64,000 nt of DNA from Trichoplax sp. H2 (taxonomy: Eukaryota): assembly GCA_003344405.1 (NCBI GenBank), contig NOWV01000129.1:62001-126000 (forward strand), in the 5' to 3' direction. Below are positions 38,237-51,093 of this stretch, in pieces. The stretch's first letter is position 1; every line of letters begins with the position of its first letter. Under the pieces are notes generated by a model. It searched no databases, had not been told where the DNA came from, and worked only from the letters and a program-made list of their open reading frames with translations. The position numbers were made by a program, and so were the translations under genes.

Positions 38237-41200
38237 ATGGCTATCATGGAGGCCATCGCAGAGTGGTTTCGTGAAGCTTTCGTCTCTGGTGTTGATTTTA
38301 CCATAGAAGGCAATGGAGGGCCTGATTGTGTTAATTTAATGAGTATGCAACGTCGAATTATCGAGACGATAGCTTTTGTTATTGTTTGCTCGTGGCTATG
38401 GCAGTATGGATATCGACGTTTCGATCTCTACCGTACACCACTACCTAAATCTCGTTTTGGAACTTCCGATCCATTTGGCAAGAGGTTGCTATTAGTTACT
38501 CTCTGTGTAGTCTTTGGCATGGAATTAGGCTTTAAATTTGCTACTCGACAAGTTATTTTCATCGTGAATCCATGCCATGTTTTTACGACTATGCAGGTAA
38601 GATTGATGATGATAATCTTGTCCATCTTTCGCATCAAAATGGATACATTGGATCAAGTCGTACTTTGTACTGAGGGCAACGTCGCCATCGTTGCTACCTT
38701 GACCGATTTTGCGATAGTTTGCTTTCCATTTTTATGGATATCGGCTGAAATAATCGCTATCGATATCATAGCATGGATAGCTCTAAACAGTGATTAAATA
38801 GTGCATCAAGATTGTTTTGCAATTTATCTGCACTATCATTGCGTTGATTGTGTGGTAGGTTAGCTAGGCTGCTGAGTTGAAACTTACTTGAGCTGCAAAA
38901 GCATTTCATCGAGTGATTTTCAATCGTTATTTTCCATCGAATTTTTAGCTTATCCATCCGATAGTAAAGTTAGAAATACTGTGGCGATTAGCGATGCAAT
39001 TACATGAAAGTCATGGGTAGATGATGGATGAAATAAGGTCATGATGATTTGGAATATTCTTACCTGTTATACTCTACTCTCGTCTAGATCATGCAGATAC
39101 TGAGCTAATAGAATTTTGTGTACCTAGCTAGCTATTGCGATCATGTAGAAGTTACGGAGTATTATAATTAGCTAAGAACTGCAAATAGCCATGAAATAAT
39201 TTTTTTCAATCACTACAAGGACTATACGAGTGTAGCATGAATAGTTGCTGAGCATTTTCTAATCTTGCATGCTAAGGATGGATGAATTTGTTAAGTGCAA
39301 TCACCTTCACCTACACTGCTTGCACCCTTGGCCATTTGTAATTGCATAGATTAGCAGTCAATGACCAGCCAGAGAGATAAACCTTTCTAGTCATCATTAT
39401 GTCAACATGTTAGTGTTAGTTTAGGGGATGAAATACCTTTTGCAGCTCCATTTTTATCCTTACCTGATATTTGAGGTAGATTCATTATAAGGTACAATCC
39501 ACTAAGTTATTGATTATAATAAGGTGAATACTGCAGATATTATGTTGGTAAATAGACTACAGTGTTTACTGACTACGAATTAAGCAGATGATCATGATCA
39601 AATAACTGTATTTTCAGTCATGCAAACTGAAATGCATAATTGTATCCATTACTGTAGTAGAATACAATCCTATGCTGCAAAATCCTCCATAGGCAGATGA
39701 TAGCAATAAACTCTAGGTTATCTATCTGATTAGCATGAAATGACATACGATTATAGCTTGAAGAATTGTTGTTATCCTCCATGGATCGGAAGAAGTGCAG
39801 TAATCAGATTCATTATTTATTTATGCAGGCGAATATAAGGACAAATTCCATAGCTATAAATGATTATGTTGTAAACATCAGTCTAAAAATCTAGAATGCT
39901 ATACGAGTGCATAAACCATCAGTGAATAATACACATTTAATACCGTACGATTATTATTCATTAAGTATATCGTCAATATTTCAAATCAGAAAATATCACT
40001 TGTGATTCGTTGTTGGGATGATATCAAGTTAATGAAAGTGTCTGATATTTATTTTATGACTCCATAGATCATTTTTATGATAGCCAAGCCAAGCCGAAGG
40101 GTTACATTTTGGTTCAGGTACATTGGAATTGAAATTCTAGCTCAATTATTTATTAATTAGTAATTGTCAATAAAACAGTAAAGAAAAGATAGGTGGATTA
40201 GCTTAGCGTAGAATACGAACCTATCTGATCATAAAATTGAACTTCAATCTACTTGGCTAGGCTTCATATCCATATGCTTTATGGAGCTTTTCTAGCGGTT
40301 GCTTTTCCAGTAGTAAACACTCGCTTTGTAAGTATATCCCAGTGATTGTTAACTGTAAAAATAGCTGACCAATTATACTAAAATAGAGTGCCATTTTGGC
40401 CTATTAATAAATTAATTAGGACTTACTTTCGCCCATGGCTAGTTTTGATCTTGTCATTTTCGTATAAGAATTGTACGCTGTAATCTCCTTAAATCAGATC
40501 GCGATGAAATTCAAGTTTTAAAGTTCTAAAATCAACTGAAAATGAATCTAATCATTCTGTTTTCTGATTATATTTCTGAAACACTTTTAGCTTCATATGG
40601 AAGTGATAACGTATTGGATACAGCATATCTTAATCTTATTCATTGTTCCGGCCTATTTGATTTCACTAGGAGGTAAATAAAGCGAAATTAAGCAAATTTG
40701 CTTTCCATTCTTATCTTTATAGAGTTAGAATAGAAGAGGTTCTCCGTATTTCGAGTAAATCATTCCTTGATCATGGTCCTTTGAGTCTTAATTTTACATA
40801 AGTGCTAAATGATGCCTCTGAAATGCTTCCTTTTAACATTACTCACACTATAAAATTTCCAATAGTGCTCCTTTATTATGCAATCAGATTGTCGTATCAG
40901 TATCTACAGTAGACTTCTAATGCTGACTAAAGGGGATTAATATTCCTTACTTGCGAATCATAATGGCAAATTGTTATTATCTGGCATTGCTTAACAGGTG
41001 TATCAACTGTTTATCGTGAAAGATATCAGTTATACAGCAGTATCTTGACTATTCTTGCTATATTATATAACGCTTCGTTTAGACGCTTCTGTACAGTTAC
41101 AATGACGTAAGTTCATGATGCTATTGGATTGCTATACTAGTATCTGTAGTGAACTCTTGCCATTTCTACTTTGAAAAAGATTTACATTCAGTATGTACTC

Positions 41201-41726
41201 TTATAGAACGTCAAATTAATATAGTTTTATCGACTTTTGATTATCAGGTGTATATAGCGTAGAGAAGTGGAATGATTGGAACTATGTAGCAATGGCCGCT
41301 GGTATATTCTTACCGTATAATATGATATTTTTGCAATTCTTGGGAGTGGTAAGCGTATAAGTAAATCTATTGAAAATAGACCAGGTAGTAGAGTATTCAT
41401 TTATTGACTTTTAAAAAATGGGCATGCAATTTTTTTATGGATGACACTGCATTAAAATAGGAATAAAATCGCAATTAGTTGGTGCCGTACTAGTGTGCAT
41501 AATAGATATACTATAAATTAATTAAACTATTTTGGCTTTCTCAATATAGTACCTTGAAATCAATCTGTGTTCCATGGTCTGTAATGCTGTTTCCGATCCT
41601 TTTGCTGGACCCAATTATAAAATTTACGGCTTGCTTTACATGCCTTTGCTATCTATGTTTTTCGGCAAGCTAATGACTCTCTTATACTCTGTCTTTGTAC
41701 CAATTGAGAGGGAAAAGAGCAATTAA
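38237..41726 (+). CDS. TMEM164: Transmembrane protein 164 (membrane acyltransferase family), 6 exons
   Basis: Exons 38237-38596 (SGVDFTIEGNGGPDC...GMELGFKFATRQVIFIVNPCH), ~40068-40117, ~40261-40327 (LHIHMLYGAFLAVAFPVVNTR), ~40591-40671 (YWIQH), ~41249-41348 and 41550-41726 (EINLCSMVCNAVSDPFAGPNYKIY...*). These match the TMEM164 motifs GVD..GNGGPDC, GFKFAT, NPCH, FPVVNTR and CPAISDPFYGP. Confidence 0.95.
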
Positions 41727-42350
41727 AATATAAGTAAGGTCACTGCAATTGTCAGCTCATTAGTTGTTCAATAGCTTTGCATCGAACAAATTTAATCCTA
41801 GCAAAAAAGATAATCTGATGTCGTCGGCAACTATTCCGTAACATCAGTTTAAATAAAGTGAGAAGATATTTTCTTGTTTTCATGCTTTAATGTCTTGTGG
41901 GTGTAATAATTTACACGCGATGAAATCGCAGCACTGATCCATTTAGCAAATTTTCTTCGGAATTTAGTGCTACTAATTTAACAATGACCTTACTAAATGA
42001 AATAGGTAGTTAAGAGATTTTGTGATTATGTCAAAACTGTTAGAATGTGCAAATGAAGTTTAGTGATTGTTCGGAATGTTGAATTTTGCATTGAATAATG
42101 AACAAGAAGCTGATTTTGTCAATTTAATAGTCTTGTAAGATTAAAATTAGCAATTATTTGATTTCTGAATTCGTAGATTGGAATAATGTTGGTATTGGAG
42201 ATTAAATAGCATAAGGCAACAGGCGATTCTTGCCGTAGTTTCTAAAGTTTATCACTAATATCTTCTACTTTGTTGGTGTATCATTCAACAATAGGTATAT
42301 TTGGTGATAAAGAGTTGTTTACCATTTTATAATTACGCTACACTTGTTTT

Positions 42351-42420
42351 AATTAAATACCTGCGTCATAGAATTATACATGAAATTAAATACCTGCGTC
42401 ATAGAATTATACATGAAATT
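42351..42420. repeat. Perfect 33-bp tandem duplication
   Basis: AATTAAATACCTGCGTCATAGAATTATACATGA twice, followed by AATT. Confidence 0.95.
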
Positions 42421-43019
42421 TTTGTATATCGATTCAGTTATCATTCCATAGGATAGTGATTTATTTGATAACGCGTGTATTTTCGTTGATGATGTCAATA
42501 CTTCATTTTCAATAATTCCAATTTCGCTATCTAGCTTGCATCATGCGACATGAATTCGTATATGTTAGGGTAGGTGTGGTAGATTGAATTAAAGATACTG
42601 TAACATTCACTATATCAGAAAGGCAGGTATTTAGGCTTCATTTTATTTATAAATGCACAGTTCATATTTGTGCTATTTTTATATTAAAGTAAATGTTTAG
42701 ATGGAAGATTTGATGGAATCTTATAAGCGGTTGAATGCCTTTAAATAATAAATAGAGATAGATATAACTCTTACAATGAGTGATCGTGTTTACATCGATG
42801 TCATTTACATAATTATGACTTACATGTAAGACTGGATCGAATCTAGTCATGGGATACATAAGAAGTGAGAGTAAAGAGCAATTACAAATAAATCAGCTCG
42901 CTAATTGGTATAGGATATTGCATGATACCTTTATAAAATTACAGATAGATACAAAATATGGATAGAGCAGAGTTAAGCAATAGTATTATTGACGTAAGAA
43001 TTATTTATTTGAACATCGA

Positions 43020-44540
43020 ATGATCGATATGGTCATATATTTATTTAGTAGAAATTTAAGATCAGGTAGGAATAAAGTAATATTGAAATGAATATTCCTT
43101 TCGATGCTAGGTGCATAACGATAATTCTTTCTAAGGTATTCTACTTTTGGCATTTTTGCTATCTGGATGCTTTAGTCCGCTTACTACTTTCGAATCTTAG
43201 TGTATATGAGTAAAGCCATGCTATTTTATTCGAGCGTAAAAAGATTGATATGGACATAATGTATATGGTCATATGTTTGATTATAGTAGTGATTTAAGAT
43301 CAGCCAGCACTAAATTATACATGATTAAAATTGGTATTCCGTTTGATGCTAGAGCCATAACGATAACTTTTTAGTGTATGCTAGCTTTGGTATTTCTGCG
43401 ATCTTGAATATGTTACTTTAGCTGTTTACTGCTTTTGAATCATAATGTATATGCAAGTAAAGCCACGCTATTTTATTCAAAGGTAGATTGAGCAGGGACT
43501 TTTAAAAAATTCGATTGATCTAAGTGGCCATATTTTTACTACAGTAGCGATTGTTGTTGAAATGGATGTTTCATTTGATGCTAGATTCATAACGATAATT
43601 CCTTTTAATGCGTGCTACCCTATGTATTTCTAATATTTTGAATATGATAATTTATCTTACTTACTGCTTTCAAATTTTAGTGGAAACGAGTAAAGCCATG
43701 CTCAATTATTTAAGCGTAGAAAGATATATATATATATATGTATGGCCATAATTTTGATTATAGTAGCGATTTAACATCAGTAGTAATAAATTTATACTGT
43801 ATTGAAATTGATCTATTCGATGCTAGAGCCATAACGATAAATATTTTAATGTATGCTAGCTTTGGTACTTCTACTATCTTGAAATATGATATTTTGTCTG
43901 TTTACTGCTTTTAAATTCTTAATGCATGCGGATACAGCCATACTATTTTATTCAAGCGTAGAATGATTAATATGGTCATTTATTTTATTACACTAGCGAT
44001 TTGAGATCAGACAGGAATAAAATAATAACAAGGCGAAACCGACATTCCATTCAATACTAGCCATAGCGATAATTTCTTTTAATGTATGCTATCTTATAGA
44101 TTTCTGCTATCTTGAGTATAATATTTTAGTTCACTTACAATTTTAAATGTTCATTTATACGAGCAAGGCTACGCTATTTTATTTAAATATAAAATAATCA
44201 ACATAGCCATTTATTTTATTACAGTTGTAATTGAAAATCAGGCAGAAATAAAGTAATAACATATAGAAATGGATATTACATTCAATGCTAGAGCCATAAC
44301 GATAATTCTTTTTAATATATGCTACCTTAGTATTTCTACTATCTTGAATATGATACCTAAATCTGCTTACTGCTTTTAAATCTTGGTGTATACAGGTATA
44401 GCTATGCCATTTTAGGATTATTCAAGCGTGGAATGATCAGCATAATAGCATTTGTATTATAGTGGAGATTAGAGACTGGATAAGAGTAAAGTATTATTGA
44501 AGTTGATATTGCATTCGATGCTAAAGCCGCGATAGGAACG
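43020..44540. repeat. Diverged tandem array of ~235-240 bp unit, about 6-7 copies
   Basis: The anchor (T/C)GATGCTAGAGCCATAACGATAA, with variants, recurs at about 43103, 43345, 43577, 43819, 44053, 44284 and 44517. Sub-motifs TTACTGCTTT and AAGCCATGCTATTTTATT are shared between units. Confidence 0.9.
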
Positions 44541-45333
44541 CTTTTCAACGCATTTCAGTATGATATTATTTACTTGCTTCCTATTGGAGCATGTTGTGAA
44601 TCAAAGCATGTTAAATTTTCAAGGAAATAGCTTTTATTCACTTTGACTGGATTTCAAATTGATGACATTGATACTACGAGTACCAGCTCGATATTTATCC
44701 GAAGAAATAAAACTTTCATTTAACGTAATTAAATCCATTAATAACTAAAGAAGACAAAAAACGAATTGAATAATATAAGAGATACTATTTCAATAGAATA
44801 AAATTAGTCATCTTCCATTTTATCCTTTCAAAGTTTAAATAAAGCATTTGCAATCTTTTCTCTTACTTCTATTCAACAAGACAGGGAGAAACGTTTACTT
44901 TTGTTAACCAACCTATGACTTGATTTCCTACTCCATTAGATATAATCGTTGTTTTCCGCCATAATTGGGTATTCTATGGTTAGCTCGACGTTTTATTGCT
45001 TTTCAACATGTTTATCTTGTAGAATAGAAATGATATTCGTGATCCATATTGATTTAAATGATAAACAAAAGCAAGTTATAGGAATATACAATCGTTTGAA
45101 TTGGATAGAATTGAATTTTTCTAATTCTATAATCGTCTGTCACTATTGAAAGACAGCATTTTAAGGCTATTATTGATCATCTTAGTTGTGGTATCTTTAT
45201 AGACTAGTCTACTTTATAGTTAAATTAAGTCAACAGCAGTTTTATAAGATATTCTTTGCTGTATACATCGATTAAGATTTGAATTCAATGTCTTCACGGT
45301 AATCGACACTATATCAAGTTGTGTAAAATAAAT

Positions 45334-48227
45334 ATGGCTTTTAGTCCTAGTACAACAATTGTATTAGTTGTTTCTCTCGTTGCTATTATGGTCGTCATCT
45401 TGTTGGGCAACATTATGGTTTTACTGACATTTTATAAGCCTTTACATTTAACCAATTTGCCACCTAGTTTATTTCTAATTACTCTAGCGGTGATCGATTT
45501 AACGCTGGGCTTAACGTTACCTTTTTCCATCGTCACTTTGTTTCATTCAACCCGTTGGATTTTAGGCAATTTTATGTGCCAATTAGTTGGCTATTTGAAT
45601 TTAGTTTGCGGTATTCTATCTGTCCACACTTTGGCAGCTATTGCCTATGATAGGTAAGGAAATAACTTCTAGACTATGTTTAAATAAATTCTATTTACAG
45701 GCAATCATCCTGCAGTTAGTTTACATAAAATGTTATTGTACTGCCTTCTCTTGATTTAATAAAGGGTTTCGGTCCTTGCGGTTTTGTTGATTCATTAAAC
45801 AAATCTAATCCTCTCAGGCGTGTTGACGATAAAAATATAATTTTCTATCCATTAGACAGTATAAATCGAGATATTAGTTTTCTAGAGGATTAAATATTCA
45901 GTCTTAATCTCTGCAGACCATAAATCCAAGCATTATAATTTCCCGATTGCAATCGCTTCGCCATTGACAGCTAGAGTTCTATTTACTTCGTGAAGGAATG
46001 AATATTGTTCAGTCAAGATTTCAATTTATTTTGTTTTCTTGATTATGTTGAGAGGTGATTACGCGTCGATAGACGGGTCTATTGAGCTCATTTAGACATT
46101 ATTTTAAAGTATTCAATTAATAACTACCAATAAGCAATTAGCGTATACTTGATTCGCTCATCCTTCATTTTCCACAAGTTTAATTCGATCTTTTGATTAA
46201 TCTTAAACTATGGAACAATTCCTTATTTTGCAATTTGATTTCTGGTTTACTTTGACGTTAAAGGCTTTTAAATTTACTTTTGCCTTTGAGTAATAGCATT
46301 TCTTGGTACATGGTAGATTGCATAATCTATTCTTTCTTCTACTTAGTCTGATATTATGAATGATTTTGAAACTTTTGAGCTGCTTATCTTTTTTCAACAT
46401 AAATTCTGGTCTACTTTTACTTCCCCAAAAATGAGGTATAGAATTTATTCGCATTTAGTAGCGTTGATCGCTCGTCCACGACTTTTTCTATTCTAATTTG
46501 ACATTAGGATTGATCCGAAACCGTTCAATAGCTTTTTTTCTATCATGCTTTTTGTCTTATTTGGAGTTATAGAAACCTTCAGTTATACTGTTTCTGCTGA
46601 TTTATTCCATTCTTTAGCAAATAATAGGCTGGATGCTGAAAAAAGCTGATGACTTATACATATTCGACTTAAAATAAGCTATCATCAACTAAAATAATTC
46701 TAGGTATCGGCGTAAATGTGTATACTCTATAGGTTAATATCATTTGTTCCTTTGCACTCCAAATTCAATTAATGATAGTAAACACGACAACAAAAAAATG
46801 TGTTATTATACATATATATATGTTACGTAACCTATGCTATATATCAATAGAAAATAACCTACAATTAAGTGAAACAATTCTAGATGTTATTGTATATACA
46901 TTATATAAATTAATATATACGTAAGTAACTAAATGCCATAGTATATATCTGTATTGATTGTCTTACAAGAATTTGTTGTTTTTGGGTACTAAATTCAATT
47001 TATGATAGTTAGGGGAGAAAGTTGATAAAAAAAATCTCAAATAATTGACGTAGTTAAAAGTTATGCTATAAGAAATTGAGACAATTCTACATCATACAAA
47101 TTAATACTCGTGTAAGTAAATAGATACTATACGTAGTATATATGAATATCTATATCGATTGATGTACAAGAAGTTATTGCTTTTGCGCTCTAAATTCAAT
47201 TTATGATAGCCGGGAAAAAGACGATGAAAATCTACTATCATTAATATACCTTGTAACATAACTATAAGATATGCTATCGTGAATTAAAGTAGTTGTAATT
47301 ATAAACATTTACATTCTATAAATTAATATACGCAAAAGTAAATATCTGTCAGGAAAATAGCTGTATTGGTAAACAAGAATTTGTTGCCGTCGGAATTATG
47401 ACAGTCATTAAGTAAATAGAAGGATGAAGAGTTTTTGTTATAACTGTTTTTTCGGATAGATAAGTAATTAGTAGAACAAATCAAGAAATCTAGGGCTGAG
47501 AAATGATTTAAGAGTATGATTTTGAAAATTACGGAAAGTTAATATTTTCTAATTCCAGATAACCGACTTGAGAGTTAAAATTCTCTTTGATCATAATGGT
47601 TGCAATTTCAATCTCTTAATAGCTTGTCTTTTATCATTTAGATATGTAACAATTCAGAGTTTTCGTCGCCGATCCGTTCGCAAAAGTAAGAGGACAGTGG
47701 CTATCCTCATTTTTATGTGGCTATTTGCATTATCAACTGGCGTTGGACCACTAGTCGGTTGGGGGAAATACGGCCATCTCCAAAATGAAACAACGTGCAA
47801 AGTCGATTATAATTCGAGTCCAAGTTTTACATTATTTCTTGCTGTTACCGGTTATGCTCTACCTTTAGTAATAATGGTTATTTGCTACAGTCATGTTTAC
47901 CATAACGTTAGGAAAGCGACCAAATCGATTACTCCGCTAATTTATAGCCAATCATTGAGTCAAATTATTTCTCACCGTGAAGCGAAAATACTCTATGTCT
48001 GCCTATTGATTGTACTCGTATTTTTACTTTGTTGGTCGCCATTTGTAATTGTTCACGTACTTTATGCCTTAAAATGGCCCGTTTGTAACGAATTAAGAGC
48101 CATAACATCGTGGATAGCGGCTGCAAACTCTGGTTGCAATCCAATCATTTACATGCTGATTAATACTAAATTTCGGAGATCTATTTTGCTCCATCTTCCT
48201 AGATGTTATTTCTATAAGCGATCATAA
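45334..48227 (+). CDS. Class A (rhodopsin-like) GPCR with opsin-like ECL2, no retinal-binding lysine (placopsin-like/orphan)
   Basis: Two exons, 45334-45653 and 47642-48227, with a phase-2 intron splitting the DRY Arg codon. Motifs: TM1 GN, TM2 LAVID, ECL1 W.LG..MC, DRY, TM4 W..GPLVGWGKY, ECL2 C.VDY, TM5 LPLVIMVICY, TM6 FLLCWSPF, TM7 NSGCNPIIY, helix 8 FR. Confidence 0.92.
46740..47410. repeat. Diverged ~200-225 bp tandem repeat (about 3.5 copies) in the GPCR intron
   Basis: AAATTCAATT(T/A)ATGATAG recurs at about 46761, 46991 and 47192, with a ACAAGAATTTGTTG lead-in at about 46965 and 47373. Confidence 0.75.
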
Positions 48228-49014
48228 GACGAAAGATATTAGATCTAACGTAATATACATTATTATTGAATATTGTATTTGCCACTACAGCTGAGCTCAT
48301 AGTGGCCTTAATATATAGATACTGTAATCTGTGATAATATTATCCTGATGCAATTAATCGTCCATGCATCTAGAAATTTGTCATTCTCCAATACTTATAA
48401 ACAGCAATGCAACTTGATTTTATTCCTAAATTACTGTTAATGCACGGATGTTTCTGGTATTTCAATAGATTCAGTATTATTTTAATCTACTATTTCAGTG
48501 AAACTAAGCACCTTGCGATGTAAAAACTACTCACATTGTTGCTTAATCTACCATCTTAAATTGCGAACTGATTATATATAATTGATTGTTTACTGAATTA
48601 CTGTATGGATAAATTTTAATAGGAATATTCTGTACTAAAGCACCGTAGAATCTTGTTGCTTAAGTACTAACTTGATCATCGTGAATAGCAGCTGCTTTAT
48701 CGTAGCCGAGCTTACAATTCTATTGATGTAAAGACTATTGATATTGTAAATTACCTTAATGTCACTTCTCATGAACTTAATCATGCATCAGTTTAAAAAA
48801 TTTTGCCATATTCCAATGTCATAGACAGTAATGCAAAGTATATTCAGCAGTGCGTGAACTTTGATGATGTTTCAATGCATATAGGGTATATTTATTCTAC
48901 TATGTCAGTAAATCATGCAGAATATGTTGTGATGAAAATTTACGGTTATAATTTGCTGAATCTGCCTATCTAAAATATTTAATTAGTCAATTAATGCCAG
49001 ATTTCTGTATACAC

Positions 49015-49450
49015 GTAGATGAATTTAAATACCTAGGTTCCGTGTTAATATAGAAGTTTATTACTGTAATTGAGTATTACTTTAATTTGGTAATTAACAT
49101 GCGAATAGCGGAAGCTAACTTTACTGTAGGTGTAATGACTCACCTACTAGGAGGAATTTTCGGAAAGCTATTCTGCTATTTTTACCTAGTTGTTATAACG
49201 ATTTTAAGGCGGTAGTATCAGATCTGATATGATACTCATTATTATTTAAATGCTTATTCGCTAATACAGCTGAGCTTACGTAAGTAGCTTTGATGTCCAG
49301 ATATTTTCAGCTGCTTATTGTTTATGAAGAAATTTAAATATGTATCAATTCTAGAAAATTTTCCATTTCTCTTATATCATACTTATCCGAGACAGTTATG
49401 CAATGTGCTGTTGCTAGCAGCACATAATCAAGGCTTAGATTGGAATTTTC
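49015..49450 (+). mobile_element. Degenerate non-LTR retrotransposon (RTE-like LINE) reverse-transcriptase C-terminal fragment
   Basis: The frame from 49015 reads VDEFKYLGSVLI*...VINMRIAEANFTVG, matching the LINE RT thumb signature V..FKYLGS...I..RIAKA...G. In shifted frames it continues FKAVVSDLI*YS, YCL*RNLN and SRLR. Stops and frameshifts show decay. The end point is approximate. Confidence 0.65.
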
Positions 49451-51093
49451 AAAGATACTAGGATATTATTATTGTTTTGATCTTCGATCTCATTTTTAAA
49501 TATCTGGAATACGTTGTGATGCTAATTGTTCCTTATATATAAATTCGTTAAAATCCGCTGACTAAAACATTTGATGGATCTATTATTTGCTAGAAGCTAC
49601 ATAAATTAATTTTTTCTGCGCAGTTTTCATACCAAGGTAGTATCTTATAACAAACATACGCATACATTTGATTTGATAACAATGTGCTAACAACGAATAG
49701 CAGTGCTGACTCTAAGTATACGGTAATCATTCACAGACTACAGTAGTACTAAAATTTAGGAAAGCCGTTTACTGCATTTGCCTGGAGGCTATATCTAGCG
49801 GTAAATCTAAGACCGTAGTATCATATCTACCAAAGTAGGATGATTATAATTATATAATTATCAGATTTTCTGTTCCCTAATACAGGTAGAATTAAGCAGA
49901 ATGTAATCGCGTAGATTTAGTCTAGCAGTTGAAATGATAGAAAATCAATCTACAACATGATACTCTTTCTTTTGGCTGACTTGACGATATAATACTGAGT
50001 TTACACGTTCAATATAAACGGAGTTTTACAACTCCGAAACTGAATTACATTACAGTCCAGCGAAATCACTCAGTTTGCATAAAATAATTCTACAAGTATG
50101 ACGTAGTTAATACCTTTTATCTTGAAACGACGTCAAAGCCATAAAATAAACAGCAGAATACAAGTAAATTGAAAAAGGCATACGATTCGAATCAAATTGT
50201 ATTAATATCACACTTCAATTCTGAATTATTTTTCACAAAAAGTATCATCGACAATGTTTGCTGTTTCATTCGTACTTTATTAGCGCTGACAGGCAGCTAA
50301 ACTAACAGATTGCTTTCTTGCTAAAGATCCTCTGCTAGTGGAACTTTACTGTAAAATTATTATATAATTGCATTAAAATGCACCAGCATTTAGAAATGTA
50401 AATCAATTATAGCTCGATATATAAATTACTAATGAAAAGTTGGAGCACATGGCTATAACAAGCCATCATATATATCTTAGAAAATTCTCTGTGTATTCAG
50501 GTATACTTTTGCTCATTCTCAAGGCTGATTTCATAAAAATAATCCGCAGTGCAACAGCAATAGTTATAATTTTGAGGAACAAAATTTGATACAACAAAAT
50601 GAGATCTTTCACTTATTCCATTGTCACAATTATGTCCTATAGCGTAAATTTTTTCTGCGCTACATTTTAAAGTTAAAGTATTATATTATGATATTTCTTG
50701 TCAACATAAATAAAAAGCACAAACAATTGAAGTAAAAAGAAAATTGTAATTGCTATATGAGTGGTATCTAAAGGTTTGGCAATGTGGATGCCGTAAAATG
50801 CCAAATGAATTCTTCGGAGCAATATGCAAATTACGAATATTTTTGAATGTTAAAAACTTTGTACATTTTGCTATAGCAAATTGAGTAAATAACCAAGATG
50901 TTATGTAATACTAAGTTATATAATTTAGGTAATATATAAATACTATATAAAACAATAGAAGATTTTTAACTTTAGATACTAAATAATCTTTTGGGAATAT
51001 ACTGTACAAAAGCGACATTTCTCATCAGGAGCGCTTTATTGTGGAGTAAGACCTACTTAATAATTAGATAAGCACTGCGTGAAAAATAACATC

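Noticed and set aside
43020..44540. CRISPR or repeat-spacer array
   Set aside because: The sequence between anchors is homologous from unit to unit, so it is a tandem satellite.
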